Shown piece by piece: positions 36,576 to 48,700 of a stretch of DNA of 64,000 bases. Within the stretch, counting starts at the first letter, position 1, and each line of letters begins with the position of its first letter. This DNA is from Takakia lepidozioides (taxonomy: Eukaryota; Plantae; Bryophyta): the NCBI GenBank assembly GCA_030704615.1, contig CM060733.1, positions 66,960,001-67,024,000 on the forward strand, in the 5' to 3' direction. A model generated the notes under the pieces. The model did not search any database. It was not told the DNA's origin and saw only the letters and a list, made by a program, of their open reading frames with translations. Position numbers and translations under genes: made by a program.

Positions 36576-37837
36576 GAGGTTAGCTATTTCATGAGCATGA
36601 GCGGCATGAGCGGAGTAGCAAGACAATCGGTTTTCATGAGCAGAAGTACAAATTTTGAAAATAAAAAACATTATAAAACATTCATTTAATGCAATGTGTC
36701 AGAAAAAACAAATATATTATTCAACACCTTGAAGGGAAAATTGTAGTTTTGAGAGTTGTGCTCATGATATTTCGTCTTCCGCTCATGCCAATTCCCAGCG
36801 ACACGTGCAAAAATGGCGCCGAATTTCGCGGTAATAGGTCTCTCTGGCGAAAAATGGTGCCGAATTCCGCGGCTATAGGTCCCCTCATGACAGGTGTGTA
36901 AGCCCAAAATTTGGAAATGTGGCGCCGAATTTCGGTACATGGTGCCGGGGATTGCACAAATGTTGGGCAGTTCTGGGCCATGTAACTGGAAATTCGGCGC
37001 CATTTTTCCAGACATCGTTCCCGTGCATGTTCGGACTTAGCCAATTTTCGGCCCAAAATAGGGAAATTCGGCACCATTTTTCCAGACACAGGGGTACCAG
37101 TGCATGTTGGGACTTAGCCAGTTTTCGGCCCAAAATAGAGAAATTCGGCGCCATTTTTCCAGAAATGGCCCCACAACTGCTTCTGTTGGATCTCAGTTTG
37201 AATGGAATATTGCCTCATTCCAGGAGTTTTGGGGTGCATTTAATTACACTGCAAAAAAAGTCTGATACATGAAAATGCAATTGAAAATATCCATATGGAG
37301 GATTCCCTTTGCCCCATCAATGATTTCTGGAATCCCTAAGGAGGAGTTTGTGCAGCTCGTTCACGCTCAACGCCGGTGCATGAATAAAGTCATCAATAGT
37401 CACGTTCATCCTCAACCTCTTCAGGTAAATGTAATACAGATGCTTGCACGGATAATACTTTGAACCCTTCTTTGCTTCCATCAACGAGAAGTCCGTACAA
37501 TTGCAAGTCGGCTCCACTCCAATCGTAATTGTGTATACATCGTCGCGTGCAGCCGAGCCGGCCGTTGCCATCCGATAAACACGCCCAAGGCCGGGTGGAG
37601 GTACGTCCACGGAGCTCTGAATAGTGCAAGTCATCCCAAGAGCATTGTCAATCCGAGTCTCATTCAACTTGTTGGGAGGGTGTCGTCTCTTCACTCTTCC
37701 GAATCGCATTGTGGGATGTGCAGAATTGTCCAATCCGTCTCTACTGGACCGAGCAGTCTGCAATGGCTGGGTCTGAGGAACTAGAAATGCGTGGGCCGGG
37801 ACGTCTGTGCGTTGCACCATTCAAAATCCTGCTGCAG
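36576..37837 (-). mobile_element. Left end of an A-subfamily element: terminus, subterminal palindromes and transposase 3' end with SWIM
   Basis: GAGGTTAGCTATTTCATGAGCATGAGC terminus; 37417-37837 nearly identical to 8662-9084; CNCTDF...CKHLYY. Confidence 0.85.
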
Positions 37838-37927
37838 TTGTTTGGGGTGGATCCCCTTTCGAGAATTACGGGCTATCAGTTCGGGGATTCCTCTGTGAAT
37901 CGCAACTTTCTGTCAGTGTACAAAAAC

Positions 37928-40900
37928 ATGTCCATGGAGCGAGATAGACTCGCTCGATTTCATTCCAATGCAGGTAGTCTTCCACTGACTGCCACTGTAG
38001 ATGACGATGGGTTTGCAGTTGTTCATGAGGATGAGCTGGTTACAGTGTTCCCTCTGGAATTGGGTTCTCTGCTTGTTCAAAAAGAGGTGTATGACGAGGA
38101 TGGGAATTTGGATTTTGGGCACTTGGAGAAACCATTGGTTGGCGAGTGTGGAAGGAAGTGGAGAGTCCTTCCAGGCACATACCGGGTCCTTGGAAAAGAC
38201 AGAAGACAATCAGCAGGATCAGTAGTTACCCCTGGCACTGCAGCATCGGTCGTGCAGCAGAATGGCACAGTTCATGTGAAACAAGAGGTGAACACATCCA
38301 CTACATTCGTGACTCTTTCAGGCTCGTCCTCGGAGGATGTTTATGAGATTCCTCCGCCAATGCAGACTCCATTCTTGGATGATGACGAGTTGCAGGAGAT
38401 AACGAGTATCATTCCGAAACTAAAAGCCCTCGCAGGAGTGCCTGGGTGCAAGAGCGAGCTGCGTTTTGTTGATTGGGAGTCCCTTTGTGTGCAGCGGGTT
38501 CAATACGTGCCAGCAGCGTTTGATGGGGACATCTTGTTTGAGCTCAACCCTCCCACGTCTTCCAGTGGACTAGCTGGGCTTCTGCAGGGCATAGACAAGA
38601 AACATAACGGACACCCTTGGTGCAGGACAAAAACGTCGAACATCCACAACGACATTGGTCGAAGGTCGGTCTGCGTTGGACATTGTAAGTGCGTGAATAT
38701 TTCTTGCCCTCGCCTGAGGAACAGCGCTAAACCAAACGAAAGTGAGTGGGAAGGTGTGCCCCTGAATCCTTTCACCCCAGGGCTTGCCCCTCCCAAGACC
38801 AATACTTTTGTGTGCAGGTTCTGCAAACTTTCCCCGTCCTGTGTTTCTGTGTGCCACGCTCGTATGTACCAGGTGGCACACCGATGCAAGACAATGACTC
38901 GTGCCTGCATTCATATGGGTACACACGGGCATCCTATGTCCAAAGGAAGTTGCAAGGATAGCGTGGACATCGCTAGAAATCTGCTGAAGCAGGAGTTCCA
39001 CAATGGCCCTTGTGCAACACCTTCTGCTATAGCGCTTGCAGCTAGCAAGGCATTCCTGGAAAAACACATACTGGGTGAAGGGGATGCGACACAACCAATG
39101 CTGGATGCAGATTTGCTTGAGGCAGTGATGGACCATTTCTCCATGTTGAGCTCTCCCAATATTCGAAACCAGGTGAATGCACTCAGAATGGGCACAGGCA
39201 CTGCTGGATTCATAGACAACATTATGGACCTCAAACGGAGGAGTCGCTATGAATTCATTCAAAACAGTATCTTCCCTGGCCAAGGCTCGTCCAAGGTGTA
39301 TTTGTTCAAGATGTCCACAGTGGGCGAAGGCAGTGGTGTGAGCATTGTCCGCCAAATGCAACCTGGAGGAGATTTGACAAAATGTTGGTTAATGTTTGAT
39401 CACTGCAAACGGGTGAAGGGTTGGACAACCATGGCGTGCCATGTGTATGATCTAGCGTACCAACGTGTGCTCTCCATAGCAATTTGTGATATGCAGTCGG
39501 AGGACATTGAATCCCAGATGCTCATGTGGAATTCGCTCCTGGCCGTCATGCAGCGTAATGGAATACAGAACACAAATTTTGCGGGCTTCATGGCTGATAG
39601 TGCACAGACAAATTTCAATGCAGTGCGGCGCGTGTTTGGTTCGGAGTATCCTAAGGTCCCAATGGAAAATAGGGAGCGCACATGCCCCATTGGAGTCAAT
39701 CTCTGGCACGTCATACAAAGCGCTGCATTCGCCCTGACCTTTAGTTGGAGCATAGAAGGCTCTGCCTCAAGTACAAAAATGCCACCTCAATGGGAGAAGC
39801 TGAGAGCACTTACCAAACAATCCGTGCTTGGTGGTTCTCCTATGGTGCTGCTACTAGTATCCACCTGAAGGAGTTGGAGGAATGGTTGGTTTTCTGGCAC
39901 TTCAGGTACAGACAGTGGGGAGCTTTCATGACGACGGTAAGCCTCTTCAATCCCAGAAACACAAATTTCACTTTGCATCATGCCTGTTCATTTGGGGTTG
40001 TTGGATTGTCACTTGCACAACCTCTTCCATTTCCTTTCGTTCCTCACATTTCCATGCAATGCCTCCTGCAGGACATGTCCTTGGAGGACTTGGCCGACAT
40101 GCCATCCTATAATTTGGCGGAGACTGTTCACAACGCCTGGATGCAGCAGTCTACCAAAGCAGGACGTGACTTGTATGTGGCCACTGCTGATGACATGGTG
40201 CGGGCACTTACACAACAAACCAGGTACCGCAATTTTCTGATGGGACGGGGCGGAGGCAAGGGCCCTGATACAACTTTGTTGATGCTAAGGGCTGCGAGTA
40301 GGTCCGGAGACCCATCGAAGATGGCCAGAGCTCTGAACAGGTGCACTGAAGGCTCCCCTTTGCAATCCAGGCTCCCCCATTTGGAAGGCGAGGAAAGATT
40401 TGGATCATGCAAAAGGAAATTGAACACTCCTCCAGGGTCGGATGGAGATTCCCATCGGCCAGACAGGGTCAATTTCTCTGTACCAAGGGTGTCTCCAGTG
40501 CAGACTAAGTCGTGTGCCCGCCCCTTCCCAGGTGGGTCCTCCTCCAGTAGAGCAGGTGCAGATCATGCAAGCACAACAGCAGGAATCCCATTGGAGGAGG
40601 TGGTTGCCATGGTTCATGAATTTGATTGCATTGATAGTGAGTGGCATATAGAACGCACCCCACCAGGATCTAGAGTGGCTTGCATGGCAATTCGGACCCC
40701 CTCTTTCAAGAAATGCAAATCAAAAATATGCAAAGGCTCCAGGGGGACTCCAGCTCCAACATTCACAAGGTTGTTTCGACCTTATCATAGTGGGGAGTCA
40801 AAGGACCACAAGTTCTGGTTCTGCCCAGACGATATGGCACGATGCGTCAAGGGAACAATTCGTCCTTTGGTGATAATGAAGCCCCCTCCCCCCAATTTGG

Positions 40901-41482
40901 CCTGTGAAACTTGGGACGTCGCTGTCATCAACCGAGATAAGCAAGCTGGAGGAGGGAGGGTTCTGTCTTGCACGGTCCCGGGTGGTGCCCTCGTGCACTG
41001 TTGGCACAAATGTGCCACATGCTCTGGCAATGCCTCCACCCGGTGCCAACTCCCACCAAACAAAAAGAGATGGAAAAACAGTGCGCCGTGTCGCTTCGGG
41101 TGCAGATCACGAATGCAAGATGGAATCGGCTAGAATTTTGCAGGTTCGGGTGACTCGTATCACCGAAGTCCCTGCCCCGGGGTATGGATAGATTTACACA
41201 GTGCTGTCTATTGGCTCAGTTCTTCATGGCAAAGAATATCAGGTTACCGTGGGGAATTTCCCTACGTGCACTTGTCCGGATTTTGTAACGATGCGTGAGG
41301 GCGCTCTCGGCATGAGAGGGAAGTGGGTCCCCTGCAAGCATCAATATTACATATACTTTGTAATTATGTGCTGCGACGGTAAGAGAGACCAATTCATTCA
41401 CCAAGCCACACTAGGCTACGGAGAAGTAATCACCCTTCTGAAGCGGGACACCTCAGGTAGGGCTCCGCCAAATTATCTTTGA
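37928..41482 (+). pseudogene. MULE transposase D (near full length, frameshifts, intron 39937-40071)
   Basis: NGHPW..CVGHCKC..CIHMGTHGH; WLMFDHCKR; GFMADSAQTN..ERTC; YNLAETVH; SWIM CTCPDF..CKHQYY. Confidence 0.9.
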
Positions 41483-43029
41483 ACACATACGAGCCATGCC
41501 CGCTTCCCATGCTGGTTTCCAGGTTACCGTGTAAAGACTTTGCATTGAGGACAAACACATACATTTCATTTGCGGAACCAGGGCAAATGCACATGCCATT
41601 CATTGTAAGCATCTATCTGTGAATTGAAATAAAGTGTGTCAATCATTCTGAGCTCAAATCTGCTATATTTTCATATTCCTTTTTTTGTGCAGGCATTGCA
41701 GACATGGTGCATGGTGGCCCCCTTTGTTTTGTCCACGGTAATAGGCCCTCTTCCTGCAATCCTCGCCTATAGGACCTGCTTCTCCAGTAGATTGTGCCGA
41801 TCACTTTTTGCAGCTACAACGTGAGCTCAACTCCTAGGCTCACGGGACTGGGCTCACGCCGAAGCTACGCTGCCCGCTCAATCTATACTAGATGTGCTGA
41901 AGCTTCTACACCTAGACTCCAAATCGCAGCTTGGAAAGATAAATTTTGAAAATGTTGAAGCAAGGAAGGTGCTTGCCGAGGATCGTTGACGGCGATGTTG
42001 TGTATGAACATCGAACACATCTCTAGCTGGGCAGCTTGAGGGAATGGACCGCAAATACGACGGGAATCCATGGACGGTCACAAAAACAACCAACATCAAG
42101 CTCCCGCTCATTGGTTCAAAAGGCGGCACTGTGAGGTGATGTTTCCATTTTCAGTGGTGGACATTGCCATACGACTTTTTGTAGTCGGTGTAGACTTACA
42201 TTGTTTGTCCACGTAGTGCCACGATCGTAGTCGAGTACTAACCAACTTTCACATGGCAGATATGTTTACTGTGTTGGAGCGTTGAGGTGTGTCCGGGAAC
42301 GTGCCCATTCTTTGTCAGGGAGGGAGCGCACAATGAGATGCACTGGTTAGGGTACTCCGAGGTACAGTTCAAGCCATAGAGCCAAGTTCCGCCAAACACT
42401 TGTGTATGCGCAGTGTGCAATCATGCACCCACGTGCATGCATATTTGCCCCACGAAAATGTTTTACGTCCTTGGTCCACCAACAATGACAAGAGCAGATG
42501 TCCATGTTGGGAACCACTCACACCCCTCTGCACCTGGGCTGTGTCGGAAAGCAGCAGCAAAGGCAAAAAGTGCCATTGTAGAAGAGATCCAAAGGTCACC
42601 CTCAGCTAGGCCCAAATCAGTTCAGCTATCTGTTGCTGAATCTATCGTCATGGAGAAGGTGTTATCTCCTGGTGCAACGGAGAGTTGGAAGCTATCTGAT
42701 GAGCAATTCGAGGAGCTCATGGAAGAAGTGGGTGTAGTGAGCAGATGTGGTGTTCGTTACGAAACACAGAAGACAAAAGCGGCAATGGGGATTGGGAGCG
42801 ATGTGGAAGCATTAATGACAATGAAAAGTTGGAGCGGGTACGACTATATCCAGGGTAGCCGTTTTCCAGGCCAAGGGAGTGTGTACGAGAGATGCTTTGT
42901 CTTCAAGATGTCAACTGTTGGTAAAGGCTGTGGAGTCCATTTGGTGGACATGATGCGGGTCGGTGGTGAGCTGGGGTCGAGTTGGATTATGTTCGACAAC
43001 GTCAAACGAATATACGGTTGGAGCACAAT

Positions 43030-43644
43030 GGCGCTTAAGGAGGCGGAGGCGCTCACTAGGTGGAGCCCCGCACACCGGGTTGCGGTGGGGGTGGCTCCAC
43101 AAGGGGTGGTGGTAGCTTAGAGGGACTTAGTGGGGGTGGCATAGGACTCACCATGGGGGCGGAGACCTCGTGGTGGGAGTCGTGGGGAGTCTTGGGACTC
43201 ATCACGGTCCATAGGGGCCGTGGTGAGTGGGCCAAGACTCACCGCGACTCACCACCGGGAGTCGAGGGTTTTCGTGGTGGTTCGCCATAAAATGGCATGG
43301 CTGGTTGTGAAACCCCTGCGGACAGCTACAAAAGTATAAATAAGGGGGAGTAGTGACCCCGAGAACGGTGCAAGCCCGTTGGTGACCAAAAACTAGTGAG
43401 TAAGCGAGCGAGCCGGAAAGCGACCAAAGAGTGAGGAGTTGTTCCGGACTGCCAACTACCAAAGGGAATTCCACTAGGCCCAAAGAGGTGGAGGGTTTAG
43501 TGGGGGAGCAAAGGGGGACCGTTATGTCCCGGTGAGCAGCTGAAGCTCCAAGTTGGCCCGGCGGCTAGGTTGGGAGTCAGGTGCGCGCATCAGAGCGAGT
43601 AACTATGACTTGAAGGGGAGCTTACCGAAGTGAGGTGCGCGACA
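43030..43644 (+). repeat. Displaced, inverted major part of the 3' LTR of gypsy-2
   Basis: Matches the LTR from its internal hairpin to CGACA; followed by CCCGA, the reverse complement of TCGGG at 52110-52114 (5-bp TSD). Confidence 0.88.
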
Positions 43645-45765
43645 CCCGAACTCTGGAGTGGCCTGATTTCCTGTTTGCATGGCTTCCCACTATCAGAACG
43701 CACTGCCCAGCACTTCACCCGTGATGTGTTAGAAGTTCGTGCTATGTGCCAGCATGCCGTGGACACAGCCGACTCCAAAACTGGCTTTTTTTTCTGAACT
43801 GGAAGATCATCCTCCAAATTCTCCACGGACATGTCAGTAGTGCATGTGGACACTCTTGGTCCACCAGCACCTTCACGACGCCTCAGTGTCGTTCGGAGGT
43901 TTAAGTCAGACCTCTAGGAGTGAACGGATTCCTCTTCCTGTAAGTTGCCGAGAACAATCTTTTGTTTTGTTGTGCGAGTTAGGAGATCACCCTCGAGCCC
44001 TGGATTTCGTCCATGAAGCTCAATGCCATCTACGAAAGACCTGACCGCTTCTGTCATTTTAGCTGGATCAGACAATCGCGATGCAGCACGGGCTAGTAGT
44101 TGTGCTCGGTCGAGTTCGAACCCTTTGCTCCACCCTTCAGATAACTGTGGTAGTCACACGATTGCATAATTGCCCTTGTCAAGTCGTTCCTGGTGATTGT
44201 ATAGAGGTCGACCTTCGATACACCGCTCCCGGCCTGCCAGCTCGCATGCACGGCCTCGGACATATCCACATTTGGCATTGCAGCGTTCTCTTCTAGCTCC
44301 AGATCCTGCAGTACATATGTACAAGTCAGCATTGAAGCATAGTCGGTGCAGACTATTAAACAACACAGTTAGTGGAGGACCAATTTGTAGGACATAACCC
44401 CATAGTCGTTGCCGACTACAAGCCCGACATGATCCGACATCCGATAACATTCTGCCGGTAACGCTAAAGTCGGTGCAGACTATAGGCACCATAGACAGTG
44501 CTGGACCATTTACATAATACAGACTATACGATAACGTCATAATCAGCAGGCTTTGTACTAAAAACAAAGACGAATCGCATATTATCTAACAAGCAGACGG
44601 TAGGAACGTAGTCGGTACAGACTATAACGACACGTTCAGTAAATAGTGTACTGCGTGTACGTTCCGTAGATAGTCGTTGCCGACTATATGAGCAGTCTCA
44701 TAAAAAGACACCCATGTTTCAGTAACCGACCCTGAAACATTGAACAACCAAGCCATAGTTGCTACAAACTATTAGTATAGGCCAACTGCATGAACCGCTT
44801 TACGTTCCCGGTGGCATAGTCATTACCGACTATACCCCTTATTCGTTTATCCTCACATGTGACCAAACCAATATAACACGTATGGAAGTACCTGTGTGTG
44901 AAAATATATCAATCCCATATAGTCGTTGCAGACTATACGGTACTAGTACCTTGTGGGTGCAAATGTTATGCAGTAAAAGGAGCATGTACAGATGGCGGGT
45001 GCAATAGTCGTTGCAGACTATGGTTTAACTTCATATCATGTCAGTTCTGCATATTCGGCAATGTATAAAAGCGTCGAGTGGAAACCGTTCTACTTAAACT
45101 TATGACGTGCTCATGTGAGCGGAGGATCATGCACGTAACGCACTTGGTAGAAATATAGCCTAACGAATGCATCACGTTCCAGAGATGTAAGGCTCTGGTC
45201 GGTGCCGAATAAGACATTAGGTTCGCTCACGTGAGCGGCATCACAGAAGTGCATATATAGTGTTTGTAGAAACCGAAGACGTACATTGCGAACATATGCT
45301 CCCAATTGGTAATATCGGTATGTCCACCACGAAAGCCAGCTTTCCAGCGCAGGAATGTCATCGTCTCGCATGGCACCGGAGGAGGACCACCAGGCACGGA
45401 TCGCCACAAACAAAACCTCTGCTTCCGCCTCAGAACTTGCTGCTCTCCATTTCGTACACAGCTGTATATGTGCTTTTTGAAGGTCCTGCAATATATACTT
45501 TTTCGTCTATTTGTCCAGGCTTTGGCCCCAATGGAAGCCACATGTCCTTTCTCGATCGGGCATAGGTTCCCCTCCGCCATACACCATACATACAGCAGCC
45601 CAGTTGGCATTTGCATTGTCGGCCATGAATCCTCGGAATTGTGGTTGGCCCTTCCCTGCTCTTCGCATCTGATCGTTGATGCACTCCCACATAATCACTT
45701 ATGATGATGTATCCTCCGATTTCATTTCACAGATTGCAATTGTCATAATCTTGCGGTAATTCGAA

Positions 45766-48700
45766 TGGGCACTCAAGGGTGCTTCAGCCCCCCGTACCTA
45801 TCGCTGCCGCTGCCCCACCCAAGGGCAGCCCCTCATGTGTCCCGACCCCCCCTGCCCTCAAGGCAAAGGGCCGCGACACACACCCCTCCCAACAGGGAGT
45901 CGATGTCCTCATCGACTTGTCCATTTTGTAGAAACGAACATCCAAGTTGTGGCGTCCCACATCAAGGAGTTTGTTTCCGCACCATGGCGTCCCATGGCAA
46001 AGAACCAAACCCCACACTTGACTCTACTCTCCACTAGCTAGTTCAGCCGACTTCCTCCAAGTCCCGGCCAAGGGTGGAGCCCTCCAGCTCCTCCCAGTGC
46101 ACTCTTCTTGGCCTACTTCAAGGCCAAGGAACGATCCTCCCCGAGGATTGAATCGCCTTACTGCAACAACATTGCTTGCGACCGCTCATGATGCCGCTTT
46201 TGGCATCACCTTGAGCAAGGGTTTCCCTGGAACCCTCTTTGACTAGGAAGATAACCTTGAACCAACCATGCGCCCCAATCACTACAATTGGGTCCGCCTT
46301 GGAATGCTGGCCTGAGGTACGGGAACACTCCAAAGTCACACTACGACTTCGTCTCGAGGCTACACGATTATAGTACGTGAACGGAAACACGTGGCTTCCG
46401 CGTTAGCCCGCACTACAAGGCAACCCCCTCGGTAGCGCAGTTATAGTACGCGCACGCGCCAGGTGCGCACTAGCACGTGAACTCCCAAAGAAGGCGCAAG
46501 TTTCCTCCTGCCCCTCGGATGGGGGTCACCCGATTTCGGCACTACGCAAACACACGATTAACCCAATTTACCTCTCCCACTTTTATAAGCTAGCATGCAT
46601 TCTACACACTAGCCAACCATACCATGCATCACCATTCCAAACAAAAAGGACGCACAACATTTGGAAGCCATTTCATTTATAGCACGTTTTGTACAATACA
46701 AGTTTTTGCAATCGGATTCCTAAGCTAGCTAAGCCGGGCTAAGCATGCATTTCCTCCCCCACGCTCCAAGGTTGATGTCCCCATCAACGTTTCTTCCGCT
46801 TTTGAGGTCACCCTTCGAAAGCTGCAACCGCCTCGGATGCGTTTCCCATTTCTGAGGCACGCACCCAAGATGCCTCCACATGATGATAGCCCTTCCATTT
46901 GACGAGATACTCCGTTTCTCGGTTCTTGAACCTCCTCGACTTAAGTATTGCCTCCACCTCGTACTCAGGTTCATTTTCATGATCCAACAGCATAGGTGGC
47001 GGACGCAACACTTGATGCCGATTCGGACGCGCTTCATCTTTGAAGTAAGGCTTCAAAAGGGAGACATGGAATACTGGGTGCACCTTGCTGTTTGCCGGCA
47101 GCTCCAATTCATACACAACCCTTTCATAACCTTCCGAATGCGAAAGGGTCCCGCATACGGAGGTACAAACTTCGGACTCACTTCCGGAGGTAGTCGGAAA
47201 TTCCTGATGTTCAACCAGACCTCTGTGCCTGCCTCAAACTTCACTTCCCTCCGCTTCCGATTCGCCTGCCTTTCATACCGTTTCCTAGCTTTGGCAATGT
47301 TGTACTTTGCGAGCTTCAACAAACGCTCGCGTTCTTCCAGTATCGCCGCTACTGCCGGTTCCTCAACGTCCTGGGCGGCCAAACTTGTCGGCACCAGGGG
47401 TGCTTTTCCATAGACCAATACGAAAGGGGAAACTCCCGTTGCGGAGTGTTCTGTGTTATTATAACAGAACTCTGCCGCGTCTAAGTGTTCCACCCAGTCT
47501 GTTTGGTCTGCCGACACGTAATTCCGCAGGATCTGTTTCACTACGGAATTCACTCTTTCTGTTTGGCCGTCGGTCGTAGGTCGGAAGGCGGTGCTCATCT
47601 TCAGCCTCGTCCCCATCTTCTTCCAAAGTGCCTCCAAAATTTACTCATAAACTTTGGATCGCGGTCCGAGACAATATCCTTCGGGACTCCATGATGCTTT
47701 AAGACGTGGGCGAAGTAAAGTCGCCCTGTTTCCTGCGCCGTTGCTGTCTCCTTGGTGGGGATGAAATGACCCATTTTACTGAACCTATCCACCACCACCA
47801 TGATTGCATCGAATCCCTTTGACAGCGGCATAGCAGTCATGAAATCCATCGAGACGCTTTCCCAAGTCCCCTCTGGAATCGGCAAGGGTTGTAACAGCCC
47901 CGCTTGCTTTTTGTACTCGCTCCGGTTTTGTTGGCATGTGGTGCATGTCTTGACATACTCCTCTGCCTCCTCCCTCAGTTTGGGCCAGAAATACTCTTTC
48001 TTCAAGAGTGCCGCAGTGCGCTTGGCTCCGCCGTGGCCCGCAAGCGGGCTATCATGGCATTCTCTCAAGAGACTATCTCTGATCCCTCCCTTCGGCACGT
48101 AGAGACGTTTTTGCTTATACCAAAGCAGTCCATTTTGCAAGTGAAACTGCGATAACCCCATCCTCAAGTCCTGCATCACGGACTTCGCCAGCTCATCCTT
48201 CCGGCAAGCCTTCCGGATCTTCCTTTGGAGCGCCGTCTCGCCCTTGTACACCAATAAGAGCTGCTGCTTTCTACTTAAAGCATCGGCCACCACGTTGTCT
48301 CGTCCCGGTTTGTACTGGATATCCACGTCGAACACCGCCAAAGTATCTTGCCACCTAAGTTGTTTTGGGGACAACTTGGGCTGCGTGGCAAAATACTTCA
48401 CCGTGACATTGTCCGTGAACACCTTCACTGGGTTTGGAACCAACATAGTGGCGCCAAAGCTCAAGACAGTGCACCACCGCCTTCATCTCTTTCTCGTGCG
48501 TCGGCCACCGTCGCTCCACTTCATTTAGTTTCTTACTTTCGTAAGCCACTGGACGTCCATCTTGCATCAGTACACCCCCAATCGCGAAGTTTGACGCATT
48601 TGTATGTATCTCGAACGGACGATCGAACTCCGGGATTTTCAAGACTGGAGCTTCCGCCATCCGCTGCTTCAATTCAGCAAAAGCTTGGCCACAAAAAGGT

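Noticed and set aside
37709-37927. First 73 aa of the 719-aa ORF
   Set aside because: Read-through from the antisense A-type fragment; homology to other transposases starts at ATG 37928.
43030-43644. Solo LTR
   Set aside because: It lacks its first 113 bp, which sit at 45766-45878, and its flank is the reverse-complement TSD of gypsy-2; it is an inverted piece of that element.
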